From NCBI GenBank assembly GCA_028865345.1, contig JAGWKL010000004.1, positions 8,457-72,456 of the forward strand: 64,000 nt of DNA, in the 5' to 3' direction. Below, piece by piece: positions 1-8,460 of this stretch. This DNA is from Candidatus Omnitrophota bacterium. Lineage in GTDB: Bacteria; Omnitrophota; Gorgyraeia; Zapsychrales; Fredricksoniimonadaceae. Position 1 is the first letter of the stretch. Every line of letters starts with the position of its first letter. The notes under the pieces were generated by a model. That model ran no database searches. It was not told the DNA's origin and saw only the letters and a program-made list of their open reading frames with translations. Both the position numbers and the translations under genes were made by a program.

Positions 1-393
1 TGTTGCAGCTATAGGCACATTTGTACTTACAGTCAATAAGGGGCCCGAAGATGAAACAAAATATTTAAAATTTGATTGACCGGATGAACCATAGCCAAAA
101 GGGTTGATGGGGTTCCACGTCGGCGGTAAGTACCCTCCTGCTTGCAATACGGCGATGGCCGTTGGGTATGTGTCGTTGGGTTGGGGCCATTGTTGGTTAT
201 TAGCTATATAATAGGCCCTGCTTGCTTCTTCAATGGCAGAGATGTCCAACGCCGTTTTGTTGGCCGCATTGGTCGTGTATTGATTGATTAACTGAGGAAT
301 GACGGCACTGGCGATGATCGTAATGATGATCATGACTAACGTCATCTCGAGCAAACTAAATCCTGTTTTTCGTATCAACTGTTTGAAGGACAT
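1..393 (-). CDS. Type IV pilin-like pseudopilin, partial (C-terminus beyond window start)
   Basis: Reverse-complement of 300-393 translates to MSFKQLIRKTG|FSLLEMTLVMIIITIIASAV, a canonical prepilin leader (G-1, F+1, E+5) followed by a hydrophobic helix. The ATG is at 391-393. No stop codon occurs before the window edge. Confidence 0.7.
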   Translation of the reverse strand, partial: MSFKQLIRKTGFSLLEMTLVMIIITIIASAVIPQLINQYTTNAANKTALDISAIEEASRAYYIANNQQWPQPNDTYPTAIAVLQAGGYLPPTWNPINPFGYGSSGQSNFKYFVSSSGPLLTVSTNVPIAAT

Positions 394-399
394 AAAATT

Positions 400-888
400 T
401 TAAACACACCCATATTTAAGGCAATAACTCAGATGGACGGTATACTCATTCCATATAGGTTTGCTTATTTCAATTAATTTCTGAGATCCTTGCATCGTTT
501 CTACGATAAGCTGCCCTTGGGAATCATTAGAACCTATGCCCGCCGGGATCAAAACAGAAGCCGTCACTAAATTGTTGGAACACACCGGTTGGTTATAACT
601 TGTCCCAAAGGGGCTGGAAGCAACACCGGCATTATCGACAAAACCTGGCGGAAGAAAATCCGGGACCAACCCGCCTAAGGCCGGACAATTTCCGGCTCCA
701 TATTTACTTAAATATGAGACCGAAGCCTGTGCGATCGCCGTCAATTCACTGACTGTTTTGTCGTATCTCGCTTGATTGATACGCGTAATACACGCAGGAA
801 TCAGCGTAGACAAAACAGCCGTAATGATAAATAACACCCCCGCTGCTTCCAATAATGTCGTTCCCCTTCTATTGAAAGAACTTCTCAT
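400..888 (-). CDS. Prepilin-type pseudopilin (minor pilin)
   Basis: The N-terminus MRSSFNRRG|TTLLEAAGVLFIITAVLSTLIP has G at -1 and E at +5. The ATG is at 886-888. An alternative upstream start at 918 would overlap the previous gene. Confidence 0.65.
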   Translation of the reverse strand: MRSSFNRRGTTLLEAAGVLFIITAVLSTLIPACITRINQARYDKTVSELTAIAQASVSYLSKYGAGNCPALGGLVPDFLPPGFVDNAGVASSPFGTSYNQPVCSNNLVTASVLIPAGIGSNDSQGQLIVETMQGSQKLIEISKPIWNEYTVHLSYCLKYGCV

Positions 889-899
889 TCTTGACCCTT

Positions 900-1364
900 T
901 TAAAATCCAGCCATCCATTGCTGGCTGGTGGCTGAATAAGTCGGTGCCACCGAAGCAGCATTGGCCACTTCTTTAGTTATTAATGCCTGGATATTGGATG
1001 GTACATTAGTCAACGTTATGTCCACATAATTGGCATTTGTATCCGGGACGACCGTGTACGTTCCCCCCCAAGGGTTGCTCCCTGAAGCCTTGGCCGGCAA
1101 CATTCCCTGGGCGGACAAATTGGCCACGGAAATTGTCCCGTACGTCCCTCCGGTATAGGTCCCTCCGTTGGCGGTGTAGTACCCGGTGGCAGCTGTCTGC
1201 AAGGCCCGGATGCTGGCAACCGCGTTGGCGACCGTGCTGTTGTTGGTCGCTCCTACAATCGCAGGGATCACAGCGCTCAAAATGGCTGCGATGATAAACA
1301 TGACGACAACCATTTCGATGAGTGTAAAGGCTTTGGTGTTTGATTTCTGACGAGTATGTTTCAT
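900..1364 (-). CDS. GspG-like major pseudopilin / type IV pilin (155 aa)
   Basis: The internal ATG at 1362-1364 is preceded by an AGGAG ribosome-binding site. The N-terminus MKHTRQKSNTKA|FTLIEMVVVMFIIAAILSAVIP has F at +1 and E at +5, but Ala rather than Gly at -1. The C-terminal region is Gly/Thr-rich. Confidence 0.75.
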   Translation of the reverse strand: MKHTRQKSNTKAFTLIEMVVVMFIIAAILSAVIPAIVGATNNSTVANAVASIRALQTAATGYYTANGGTYTGGTYGTISVANLSAQGMLPAKASGSNPWGGTYTVVPDTNANYVDITLTNVPSNIQALITKEVANAASVAPTYSATSQQWMAGF

Positions 1365-1387
1365 TTTTTCTTCTCCTTTTCTAAGGG

Positions 1388-2575
1388 TTATTTGAATATT
1401 CCAGCCCCCATTTGGTTCATGTTCGTATATATCGGCAGGATAAAAGCACTGACGATCATCAAGAGAAAACTTGCCGATACAATGAGCATCAAAGGCTCCA
1501 CCATGGCGATCATGGCATCGATGGATTCCTTGGTTTTGATATCGTAATACTTGTAGATCCGTTCGAAGCAAGCCGGCATCATACCGGTCGTCTGTCCTTT
1601 GGTCACATTTTGGGAAATAAAAGGCGGGAAAAATTTGTCCTGCCTGAAAGCCTCTCCCAAGGAAGCACCTTTGAAGATTTTGTCCCTGACTACAATAAGT
1701 TTCTCGGTCAAGTATGTTTTATTGGCCTCATGGATATTGGAGATTGTTTCGATGATATCGATACCGCTTTTTTGGTAAACGTAAAGATTCAGAAAAACAT
1801 GGGAAAACTCCGTGCTTTTCATCAAATCACCCAGGAGCGGGATTTTGAATATCAATCCCATCAACCGTTCCTTGTGAATGTTCCATAGGTATTGGACGGT
1901 GAATCCGCCTACTGCAATCAATACAAGAATAGCCCACCAGTATTGCTTTATAAATGCCGCGTAGCTGATCAAAATAATGGCCGACAGGTTATGGCTCGCG
2001 CAAGCCGGAAGGAAGGTCTTTAGTTCAGGCACGAGCTTCAGGGAAATAAAAACAGACAGACCTGAGAGCATGCAAAAGATGACCGCGGGATAGATCAGCG
2101 CTTTGGCGATCTTTTTCATGTTTTCATGCTTGTATTTGTAATACCCCGACAAAATAGACATCAACTCGGGGATGGTCCCTGTTTTTTCCGCAGCACCGAT
2201 GGTCTCCGTGACGATTTTGGGAAAAATACTTGTATTTTCAAAAGCTTCCTGGAGAGAACGCCCGTCGTTGATATAGTTGCTGATTTTCTTCAGGGCCTTT
2301 TTCAAAACCATATGGGCGGTTGTTTCATTCAAAGTATCGATGGATTCGTTCAATGACAGACCGGCCTTTTGCATATCGGCCAGGTCATTAAAGAAAACGG
2401 TCATAACGGGCAGGGACAACCTGCGGGTTTGAAATACGTTCTTGATAAGCGCCATGTAATCAGGAGTGATGCTTAATATTTCTAAGCCATAGATATTCGC
2501 TTGGTTTTTTACACTTTCCAGGCTACCCTCGATGATTTGGGTTATTTCAGTACGTTTGGCCGTTAACGCTTCCAT
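1388..2575 (-). CDS. gspF: Type II secretion / type IV pilus inner-membrane platform protein (GspF/PilC family)
   Basis: About 396 aa, polytopic, with the duplicated GspF-type architecture and conserved cytoplasmic domains. The ORF-track start at 2641 is TTG. The ATG at 2573-2575 (MEALTAK...) is preferred. Confidence 0.8.
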   Translation of the reverse strand: MEALTAKRTEITQIIEGSLESVKNQANIYGLEILSITPDYMALIKNVFQTRRLSLPVMTVFFNDLADMQKAGLSLNESIDTLNETTAHMVLKKALKKISNYINDGRSLQEAFENTSIFPKIVTETIGAAEKTGTIPELMSILSGYYKYKHENMKKIAKALIYPAVIFCMLSGLSVFISLKLVPELKTFLPACASHNLSAIILISYAAFIKQYWWAILVLIAVGGFTVQYLWNIHKERLMGLIFKIPLLGDLMKSTEFSHVFLNLYVYQKSGIDIIETISNIHEANKTYLTEKLIVVRDKIFKGASLGEAFRQDKFFPPFISQNVTKGQTTGMMPACFERIYKYYDIKTKESIDAMIAMVEPLMLIVSASFLLMIVSAFILPIYTNMNQMGAGIFK

Positions 2576-2645
2576 TTTCCAATACAATATTCCCCGTTCC
2601 TTTCTTCGCGTAAGGCATCTTCGATGCGTTTGCGGATTCAATTTG

Positions 2646-4280
2646 TCACCCTAAAACTCTTATGGCTTCATCAATGGAAGTCTCGCCCTTGGCAATCAAC
2701 GCCTTGGCATCATCGATCAATGTCTTGTAGGTTCCTCTTTGTCTTAATAAAGCATAAATCTCTCCCAGGGAATTTTTTCCGATAAGTTCCTTAATTTCCT
2801 GGTCGATAAGCAAAACTTCCCCCACCACAGTTCTTCCTAGAAAACCATTCCGGCATCTCCTGCACCCCTGGGGCCTGAACATAGACTGAATGTCCCCGTC
2901 TAAGTATTTTGCCTTGTAGGCCTCGAATTTGTCCCTGACCGCGGTAAACGGTTCCTTGCAAAACGGGCAGAGTTTTCTTACCAAACGCTGCGACACAACG
3001 GCAACCAGACAACTTGAAATATTGACCGTGTCGACCCCTAAATCTTTGAGCCTCAAAATTGCCGAAACGGGATCGTTCGTATGCAGGGTGGAAAAAATCT
3101 GCAGCCCGGTGTTGGCCGCACGGATGGCTTCCTGGGCCGTTTCCCTGTCCCGTATTTCTCCGATCAATATGGCATTAGGATCTTGCCTTAAGAATGACCT
3201 TGTGGCCTTGCCGAATGTCAGGTCTTGGGCAGGATTGACTTCAACTTGTGCTATCAAGGAATGCGTGATCTCAACGGGGTCTTCGATGGTCAGTATAATT
3301 TTGGATATCGACTTGATCTGGTTCAAAACAGCCGACAAGGTTGTTGATTTGCCGCTGCCGGTGGGGCCTGTGATAATGATTAATCCGTGGGGAACAACGA
3401 TGGCCTGATCGATCATTTTCCGGTTATGTTCTGAAAATCCAAGACTCTCCAATGGGATAGCGGCCCGTTCCTTGTCCAAAAGTCTTAATACGATCCTGGG
3501 TCCGTGGATGGTCGGAGTTTGAGCAAACCTGACATCTACGGTTTTGGCCATTTTTTTGAATTCATAAAAAAAGCTACCGTCCTGAATTCCATAATCGCAA
3601 GGCCTCAGACCGCATTTTGTCAGCAGAATATTGGCCAACTTCTGGATATATTCGGGTTTTAAACAGGTGATGGATGCGCAAATACCGTCAATCCTGAACC
3701 TGATGTCCGTGGTCTTGCCGGTCGGTTCAACATGAATGTCCGTGCTGCGGGTGATGATGGCCAAATTGATGATCTCATTGAGCCAGGAAGCCAGAGCATC
3801 AATCCCCTCTGATTTAAGGGATTCGATACGGACAAGGAGTTTGGCCCTGTTTTGTTCCAGAACAATCAGATCCAAGGCGTTTCTCACATCGCACTCCGGG
3901 CCGATGTAAAAATTCACACCCGTATGCCCGAAAATGCTTTTAAGATAATCGGTGATTTCCACATTATCGATAAAAGAAACAACGAATGACGGAATTACGG
4001 AACCGTTCTTTAAAGGATATATTTGGTGCCGGCAAAAATAATCCAGACCGATTTTCTCGATGGCTGCGTGATCAGGCACATATTGACTCCTAAAGCACTT
4101 CCAATTTATCTGTTTTGACAAACACTCGGCAAGCTGGTGGTCATTGATAAAGCCGTGATGTTTTAAGATCGCCCCCAGGTGGAGTCCGGGGTTCAATTTT
4201 TTATACTCTAGGCAGTGGTTGAGCTCTTCCTGTGTGATGAGCTTTTCTTCCGTCAATATTTGCCCAAGTGGTTCAAGCAT
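2646..4280 (-). CDS. gspE: Type II secretion / type IV pilus assembly ATPase (GspE/PilB/MshE family)
   Basis: Walker A motif GPTGSGKSTT is present. A tetracysteine zinc motif (CPFCKEP...CRRCRNG) is present. The N-terminal segment HLGAILKHHGFINDHQLAECLSKQ resembles an MshEN c-di-GMP-binding motif. ATG at 4278-4280. Confidence 0.9.
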   Translation of the reverse strand: MLEPLGQILTEEKLITQEELNHCLEYKKLNPGLHLGAILKHHGFINDHQLAECLSKQINWKCFRSQYVPDHAAIEKIGLDYFCRHQIYPLKNGSVIPSFVVSFIDNVEITDYLKSIFGHTGVNFYIGPECDVRNALDLIVLEQNRAKLLVRIESLKSEGIDALASWLNEIINLAIITRSTDIHVEPTGKTTDIRFRIDGICASITCLKPEYIQKLANILLTKCGLRPCDYGIQDGSFFYEFKKMAKTVDVRFAQTPTIHGPRIVLRLLDKERAAIPLESLGFSEHNRKMIDQAIVVPHGLIIITGPTGSGKSTTLSAVLNQIKSISKIILTIEDPVEITHSLIAQVEVNPAQDLTFGKATRSFLRQDPNAILIGEIRDRETAQEAIRAANTGLQIFSTLHTNDPVSAILRLKDLGVDTVNISSCLVAVVSQRLVRKLCPFCKEPFTAVRDKFEAYKAKYLDGDIQSMFRPQGCRRCRNGFLGRTVVGEVLLIDQEIKELIGKNSLGEIYALLRQRGTYKTLIDDAKALIAKGETSIDEAIRVLG

Positions 4281-4282
4281 AT

Positions 4283-4816
4283 TTATTCAGGTTTAAAATC
4301 AAAATTTTTGGTCAAATTTTGCGGCTTAAAATGCAGGGTTATGCTTGAGTCTGATATAGACACAACCCTGATATTGTCCGTCGGGTATGAGTTGTTCCTG
4401 ACTTGATAATCCGTCCCGTTGATGGAAATGATGGCCTCTTCTCGGCCCTTGTCCCCTCCGATGTAATCAACGGCCACCTGGGGCAGGTTGCTTGTGGCTT
4501 CAAGGGAAGGCTCGCTAAACGCCCCGGTATTTTCCTTTTGCAACTTGGCGATCTGTGCTTGCGCTTTCTCTTCTTCCAGTTCAAGATTGGTTTGTTCAAG
4601 CTTTATCTTTAAATCCTTGGTTATTCTTTGTTGTTTACGGTCCAATCCTAATTGTTCCTGAATGGCAGTATCTTCCATATTTTCGCCGCTCTGCGGATTG
4701 CTTAAATGCGCTGAAGGATCAGATTTTTCCGCCCATGGTTCTCCGGGCCCCAGGATCAACCCGACAGGCAGCAATATCAATAAAATGGGTTTGAAGGCCA
4801 AGTTTCTAAAGTCCAT
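4283..4816 (-). CDS. PilP/GspC-like periplasmic assembly protein (signal peptide, coiled coil, C-terminal beta domain)
   Basis: AAGGAG ribosome-binding site and ATG at 4814-4816. A signal peptide is followed by a coiled coil. The C-terminus VAVDYIGGDKGREEAIISINGTDYQVR...IRVVSISDSSITL fits the PilP / GspC HR-domain pattern. The stop overlaps the gspE start region. Confidence 0.45.
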   Translation of the reverse strand: MDFRNLAFKPILLILLPVGLILGPGEPWAEKSDPSAHLSNPQSGENMEDTAIQEQLGLDRKQQRITKDLKIKLEQTNLELEEEKAQAQIAKLQKENTGAFSEPSLEATSNLPQVAVDYIGGDKGREEAIISINGTDYQVRNNSYPTDNIRVVSISDSSITLHFKPQNLTKNFDFKPE

Positions 4817-5300
4817 ATATTTCTCCTTTAATGATCAAATTATTATTATCTTTTGAGATCTCGGAAGCCAAAAAGTCCGTGTTGGCCTCCAAAGTATGGA
4901 TGTCGTCCAATACAGCCCCCATGTCCGTTTCCCTGGAAAATTTATCGATGACTATGCGGATTTTCAGACCGCGAACGCCCCTGTAAGCGGTTTTCTCATA
5001 ATGAGTTGAAATGTCCGGCACTTCCATGGCCCCTTCCAACTGGATATTCATATTTGTCCCGCTGGTACTCTCCAGAAGCCTGGTCTCATTTAAAACAGCG
5101 TTATACGCCACATGGAGCTCCACCGGCGGCTGCCTTGGCAGTAGTTCCTTATCCTTGATGGCCTGTTGCATGCCGTTGATTTTGTCCTGCAATAGAGCAT
5201 AATCATTGTTGTCTTGTTCAATCTGTGAATTCATGGAAACTCCAAGATTAACTAAAACCACCGTCACGGCCAAAGAAATTAAAATGATCATTTTGTTCAT
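4806..5300 (-). CDS. PilO/GspM-like bitopic inner-membrane protein
   Basis: An N-terminal transmembrane helix (MNKMIILISLAVTVVLVNLGV) is followed by a coiled coil and a periplasmic alpha/beta domain. An ATGA overlap joins it to the upstream gene. Confidence 0.45.
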   Translation of the reverse strand: MNKMIILISLAVTVVLVNLGVSMNSQIEQDNNDYALLQDKINGMQQAIKDKELLPRQPPVELHVAYNAVLNETRLLESTSGTNMNIQLEGAMEVPDISTHYEKTAYRGVRGLKIRIVIDKFSRETDMGAVLDDIHTLEANTDFLASEISKDNNNLIIKGEIYGL

Positions 5301-6484
5301 AGGCTGACTGTCAGGCGTTTGCCGGGCTGGCCATTGACAAAAACATCCTCAATTTCCGCATCCTTCAGTAATTTTACCTGGGGGACAGGATCAAAAATGC
5401 CCTGCTCATCCGCGAACAGAGTCATCTCGACCTCCCATTTGTCCTTTTTATGAAAATCGAAAGATTCTACAGTATAGGAAGCCGGTATCAACTCAAGCAT
5501 GGAAAGATAAAAGACGCCGTAATTCAAGGTTTTCTGTCTCTTTAAATCAGACCTGTACGTTTCGAGGTCTAATATCCTTAACTGCGCCTCCAGGCGTTCC
5601 GATCTTTGTTGGAAGGACTTCATTTTATGGTTTATAACCTCCAGCTTTAAGCTGTTAAATAAAAAATAAAGAAAACCGGCGGCCACAACACACAAAGATA
5701 TGACAACGGCCCTGACCCTCTGTTTTAATGCCTTCTCTTTTCTTTTTTTGAACTCTTCTTCCGGCAATTTGTACTTGATCAAAGAACCATTGATCTCCAA
5801 ACCTTCAATGGCCGGGTGACGCGCATCCAGATATTCAACCTGGAAGTTTTCTTTGTTCTTTGAGATTTCATCCACCAGGCCTCGGCTGTTGACGATAATG
5901 ACGGAATCCGTCGCTTTCTTGTCCAGAAAACCGTCAAACTTCTTATAAAAATCGATCTGGGAACGCTTGATCTCGGGAAGGATGTCTTCCCCGTTATTGG
6001 GGATGGTCCTTGTCCGGCTGAATTTCAAGCCATCAAAGACAGTCAACAGCCTTGACCTTTCCCAATCATCGATAAACACGATGGTTTTATTCAGATTGAC
6101 GGTCTTGTGGATCAAGGCATTACGTAAGGCAATCCCGTAAGGAATGAATGTTCTGATTTTATCCGGGGGGATCAAAGAATATACTTCCCGGACCTTCTGT
6201 TCCCTGATGCCGATGACCTGGAAAAGATTGGTATCGATCTTTTCATCCTGGATGACATACGCCTCATGCTGGTAGAGATCCTTAAACTTACGGACAAGGA
6301 TGCTGTCCTTTTTCTCCGGAGGGTATTCCACTGCGGCCGCGATGATCACATCCGTGTCCACCACGCACACACCCGCTTCATTGATCGACGGGAAAATAGG
6401 ATCACAACCGGGCCTTTTGTCTATAATACGCACCCCTTCATCATCTTTGAAGAGAATCGTATCGTTGAAAATAAAATAATTCAT
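5297..6484 (-). CDS. GspL-like assembly protein (PilM-like cytoplasmic domain fused to a PilN-like TM/periplasmic region)
   Basis: 395 aa. A roughly 250-aa cytoplasmic domain is followed by a single transmembrane helix (AVVISLCVVAAGFLYFLFNSL), a coiled coil and a C-terminal periplasmic domain. ATGA start/stop overlaps occur on both sides. Confidence 0.5.
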   Translation of the reverse strand: MNYFIFNDTILFKDDEGVRIIDKRPGCDPIFPSINEAGVCVVDTDVIIAAAVEYPPEKKDSILVRKFKDLYQHEAYVIQDEKIDTNLFQVIGIREQKVREVYSLIPPDKIRTFIPYGIALRNALIHKTVNLNKTIVFIDDWERSRLLTVFDGLKFSRTRTIPNNGEDILPEIKRSQIDFYKKFDGFLDKKATDSVIIVNSRGLVDEISKNKENFQVEYLDARHPAIEGLEINGSLIKYKLPEEEFKKRKEKALKQRVRAVVISLCVVAAGFLYFLFNSLKLEVINHKMKSFQQRSERLEAQLRILDLETYRSDLKRQKTLNYGVFYLSMLELIPASYTVESFDFHKKDKWEVEMTLFADEQGIFDPVPQVKLLKDAEIEDVFVNGQPGKRLTVSL

Positions 6485-8322
6485 ATGTTGTTAATAATAT
6501 TCTTGGGCGTAATCAGGATCACCAACTCCGTGCGTTGATTGGATTTGGCCTGGTACTGGAAAGCCTTGCCTAAAAAAGGAATTTTGTCCAGATAAGGAAC
6601 CCCTTCCATGGACTTTTTTCTGGTATCGCTGATAAGCCCCCCCAGGATCAGGGTCTTCCCGGGCTCTATCCCGACATTGGTAGTGATACTTTTGGTGGAA
6701 ACCTGCGGTTCCTGGATGGTCAGGCCGTTGCCGGCAGGCACATTGGTCAATGAATCAAGGGTGTTCAAGGCCGCCGATATGTTCAAAACCGTCTTTTTTC
6801 GTTCGATCTTTGCTTCCAATCTCATGGTCAAACCATCCGATACCTGGGACGTGATCACGTTGGATTGGGATATATTGTTCCCTATGGTCTGGCCTGTCCC
6901 TGAGATATAAGGAATGCTGGTCACTTCCTGGATAACGCAAGGGAACATATTGGACACCGTGATCGAAGGCTTGCTGATGACATTGACATTCCCCATCGAA
7001 TCCAGGGCCTTAAGCACCATGGATACCCCGCCTTTCGTCGTACCGCTCCCTGCATCCGGACCGGTCGCCGATAAAGTCAACAACTGCCCGCTCAAAAACC
7101 CCGATGATGAAAAATCTGTCGAGGCCGTAATGTTGTTCAATCCGGCCAGTTTCTTGGCAATGGCATTCCAATCAATACCCGTCTCATGGTCTGCAGATAA
7201 GGTGACCTCAATGATCTGTATTTCAAAACTCTGCTGCCTGCTTAAGGATTCATTGATGGTTGAGACCAATTCATCGATCTTATCTAATACTCCTGGTTTA
7301 TCCGTTACGATGATAGAGCCGCTTACTTTATTAATAGAGTAGCTGCCTACCTTCGGGGTTATTAATGACTTAACGTTGTCTTCCAGATCACTCCACAGGG
7401 AAAGCTTAGGCGAGATGTTTTCATAATAAATCTTTGTCCCTACCTTAATATCTTGATTTTGCTGGCTGGTTGTGGTGATGGTATTGTTATTATTTTGATT
7501 GTCCGCGAAAGACTCATTGGAGGTCTCATCGGTAAAAGACTGGTCCACGGCAGGCATATTGATATTAAAAATCCTGGTTTCGGTCTCTGTAATGATCAAA
7601 TCCTCCTGGGAAACCTTAAATCCATACCCGAATTTATAAAGAAGGCTTTTCAATGCCCTCCAGACTTCGATGTTCTCCAGATTAATGGATGTTTTCTGGG
7701 CATCGATGTCAGGCGTGGTAATCACGTTGTATGCTGTGACCTGGGAAATGGTGGAAAAATAAATCCTTAAAGGCAGATTATTTCCCTTAAGCGTGATTTT
7801 CAAATTCAATTGCGGCGGCAGGTTGAGGGACTGCTGCGGCCTTGGGGGCGAGGCATTATGAGGGGCCTCAACCGACGGTGAAGTTGACGGCTGCAACTCT
7901 CTTTTTTCAACCGCAGATTCCGGGACAACATCCATTTTAAGGGCGATGGTTCTATTCTCATTTTTTCCCTTGGACGTCGCCAACCCGCGGATGACAAGCT
8001 TTGTATAAAAATCATCCTTGGCCACGCATCGCAGCACATACTCTTCACCCGAAACTCCGCCTACCGTCATCTCGGCGACCTCGGTGTTTGTCGGCATCAA
8101 TTCCAGGGTATCAGGCTCTTTGTCATTCCTCTGAATGACATAGGTATCGGCGCCGAAACCTCTCACCACGCTGACAATGGGCTCAGGAAAAACTACGGCG
8201 GTCACATGGTCCCGCTTCACATGCACATAAACCTCCCCGCCATCGTAAACATGATCTTTGATTTCCGCCTGTGCTGTGGACGTAAAGCAAGCGAACAGAA
8301 AAACAAGGAGAAAATTATTCAT
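6481..8322 (-). CDS. Secretin (GspD/PilQ/MshL family outer-membrane channel)
   Basis: Signal peptide MNNFLLVFLFACFTSTAQA. The C-terminal secretin domain carries GVPYLDKIPFLGKAF...RTELVILITPKNI. An N0-like domain (LKITLKGNNLPL...) is preceded by an extra roughly 100-aa N-terminal domain and a Pro-rich linker. Confidence 0.85.
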   Translation of the reverse strand: MNNFLLVFLFACFTSTAQAEIKDHVYDGGEVYVHVKRDHVTAVVFPEPIVSVVRGFGADTYVIQRNDKEPDTLELMPTNTEVAEMTVGGVSGEEYVLRCVAKDDFYTKLVIRGLATSKGKNENRTIALKMDVVPESAVEKRELQPSTSPSVEAPHNASPPRPQQSLNLPPQLNLKITLKGNNLPLRIYFSTISQVTAYNVITTPDIDAQKTSINLENIEVWRALKSLLYKFGYGFKVSQEDLIITETETRIFNINMPAVDQSFTDETSNESFADNQNNNNTITTTSQQNQDIKVGTKIYYENISPKLSLWSDLEDNVKSLITPKVGSYSINKVSGSIIVTDKPGVLDKIDELVSTINESLSRQQSFEIQIIEVTLSADHETGIDWNAIAKKLAGLNNITASTDFSSSGFLSGQLLTLSATGPDAGSGTTKGGVSMVLKALDSMGNVNVISKPSITVSNMFPCVIQEVTSIPYISGTGQTIGNNISQSNVITSQVSDGLTMRLEAKIERKKTVLNISAALNTLDSLTNVPAGNGLTIQEPQVSTKSITTNVGIEPGKTLILGGLISDTRKKSMEGVPYLDKIPFLGKAFQYQAKSNQRTELVILITPKNIINNI

Positions 8323-8365
8323 GATGGCCTCGAAGATTTTATGGGGGGATTTTTGAAGCGAAAGC

Positions 8366-8394
8366 AGTATGCCAGACTATTTCATATTTGTCAA
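8366..8394 (-). promoter_or_regulatory. Candidate sigma70-type promoter for the secretin operon
   Basis: On the minus strand: TTGACA, a 17-nt spacer, then CATACT. It lies about 45 nt upstream of the secretin ATG. Confidence 0.3.
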
Positions 8395-8460
8395 CAACTA
8401 TTTTGATATAAAATCAATACCGACAAAAAACAAAACCTTACATAAACGTTCAAGAAAACA

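Noticed and set aside
4346-4375. TGATATAGACACAACCCTGATATTG, resembling the Fur-box-like motif, inside the PilP-like gene.
   Set aside because: It matches only the first half-site (TGATATAG) and lies within coding sequence, so it is probably chance.
8355-8375. Possible sigma54 (-24/-12) promoter TGGCAT...GC upstream of the secretin operon.
   Set aside because: The spacing between the GG and GC dinucleotides is 12 nt, or else 6 nt, rather than the required 10 nt. A sigma70-like TTGACA-17-CATACT fits better.
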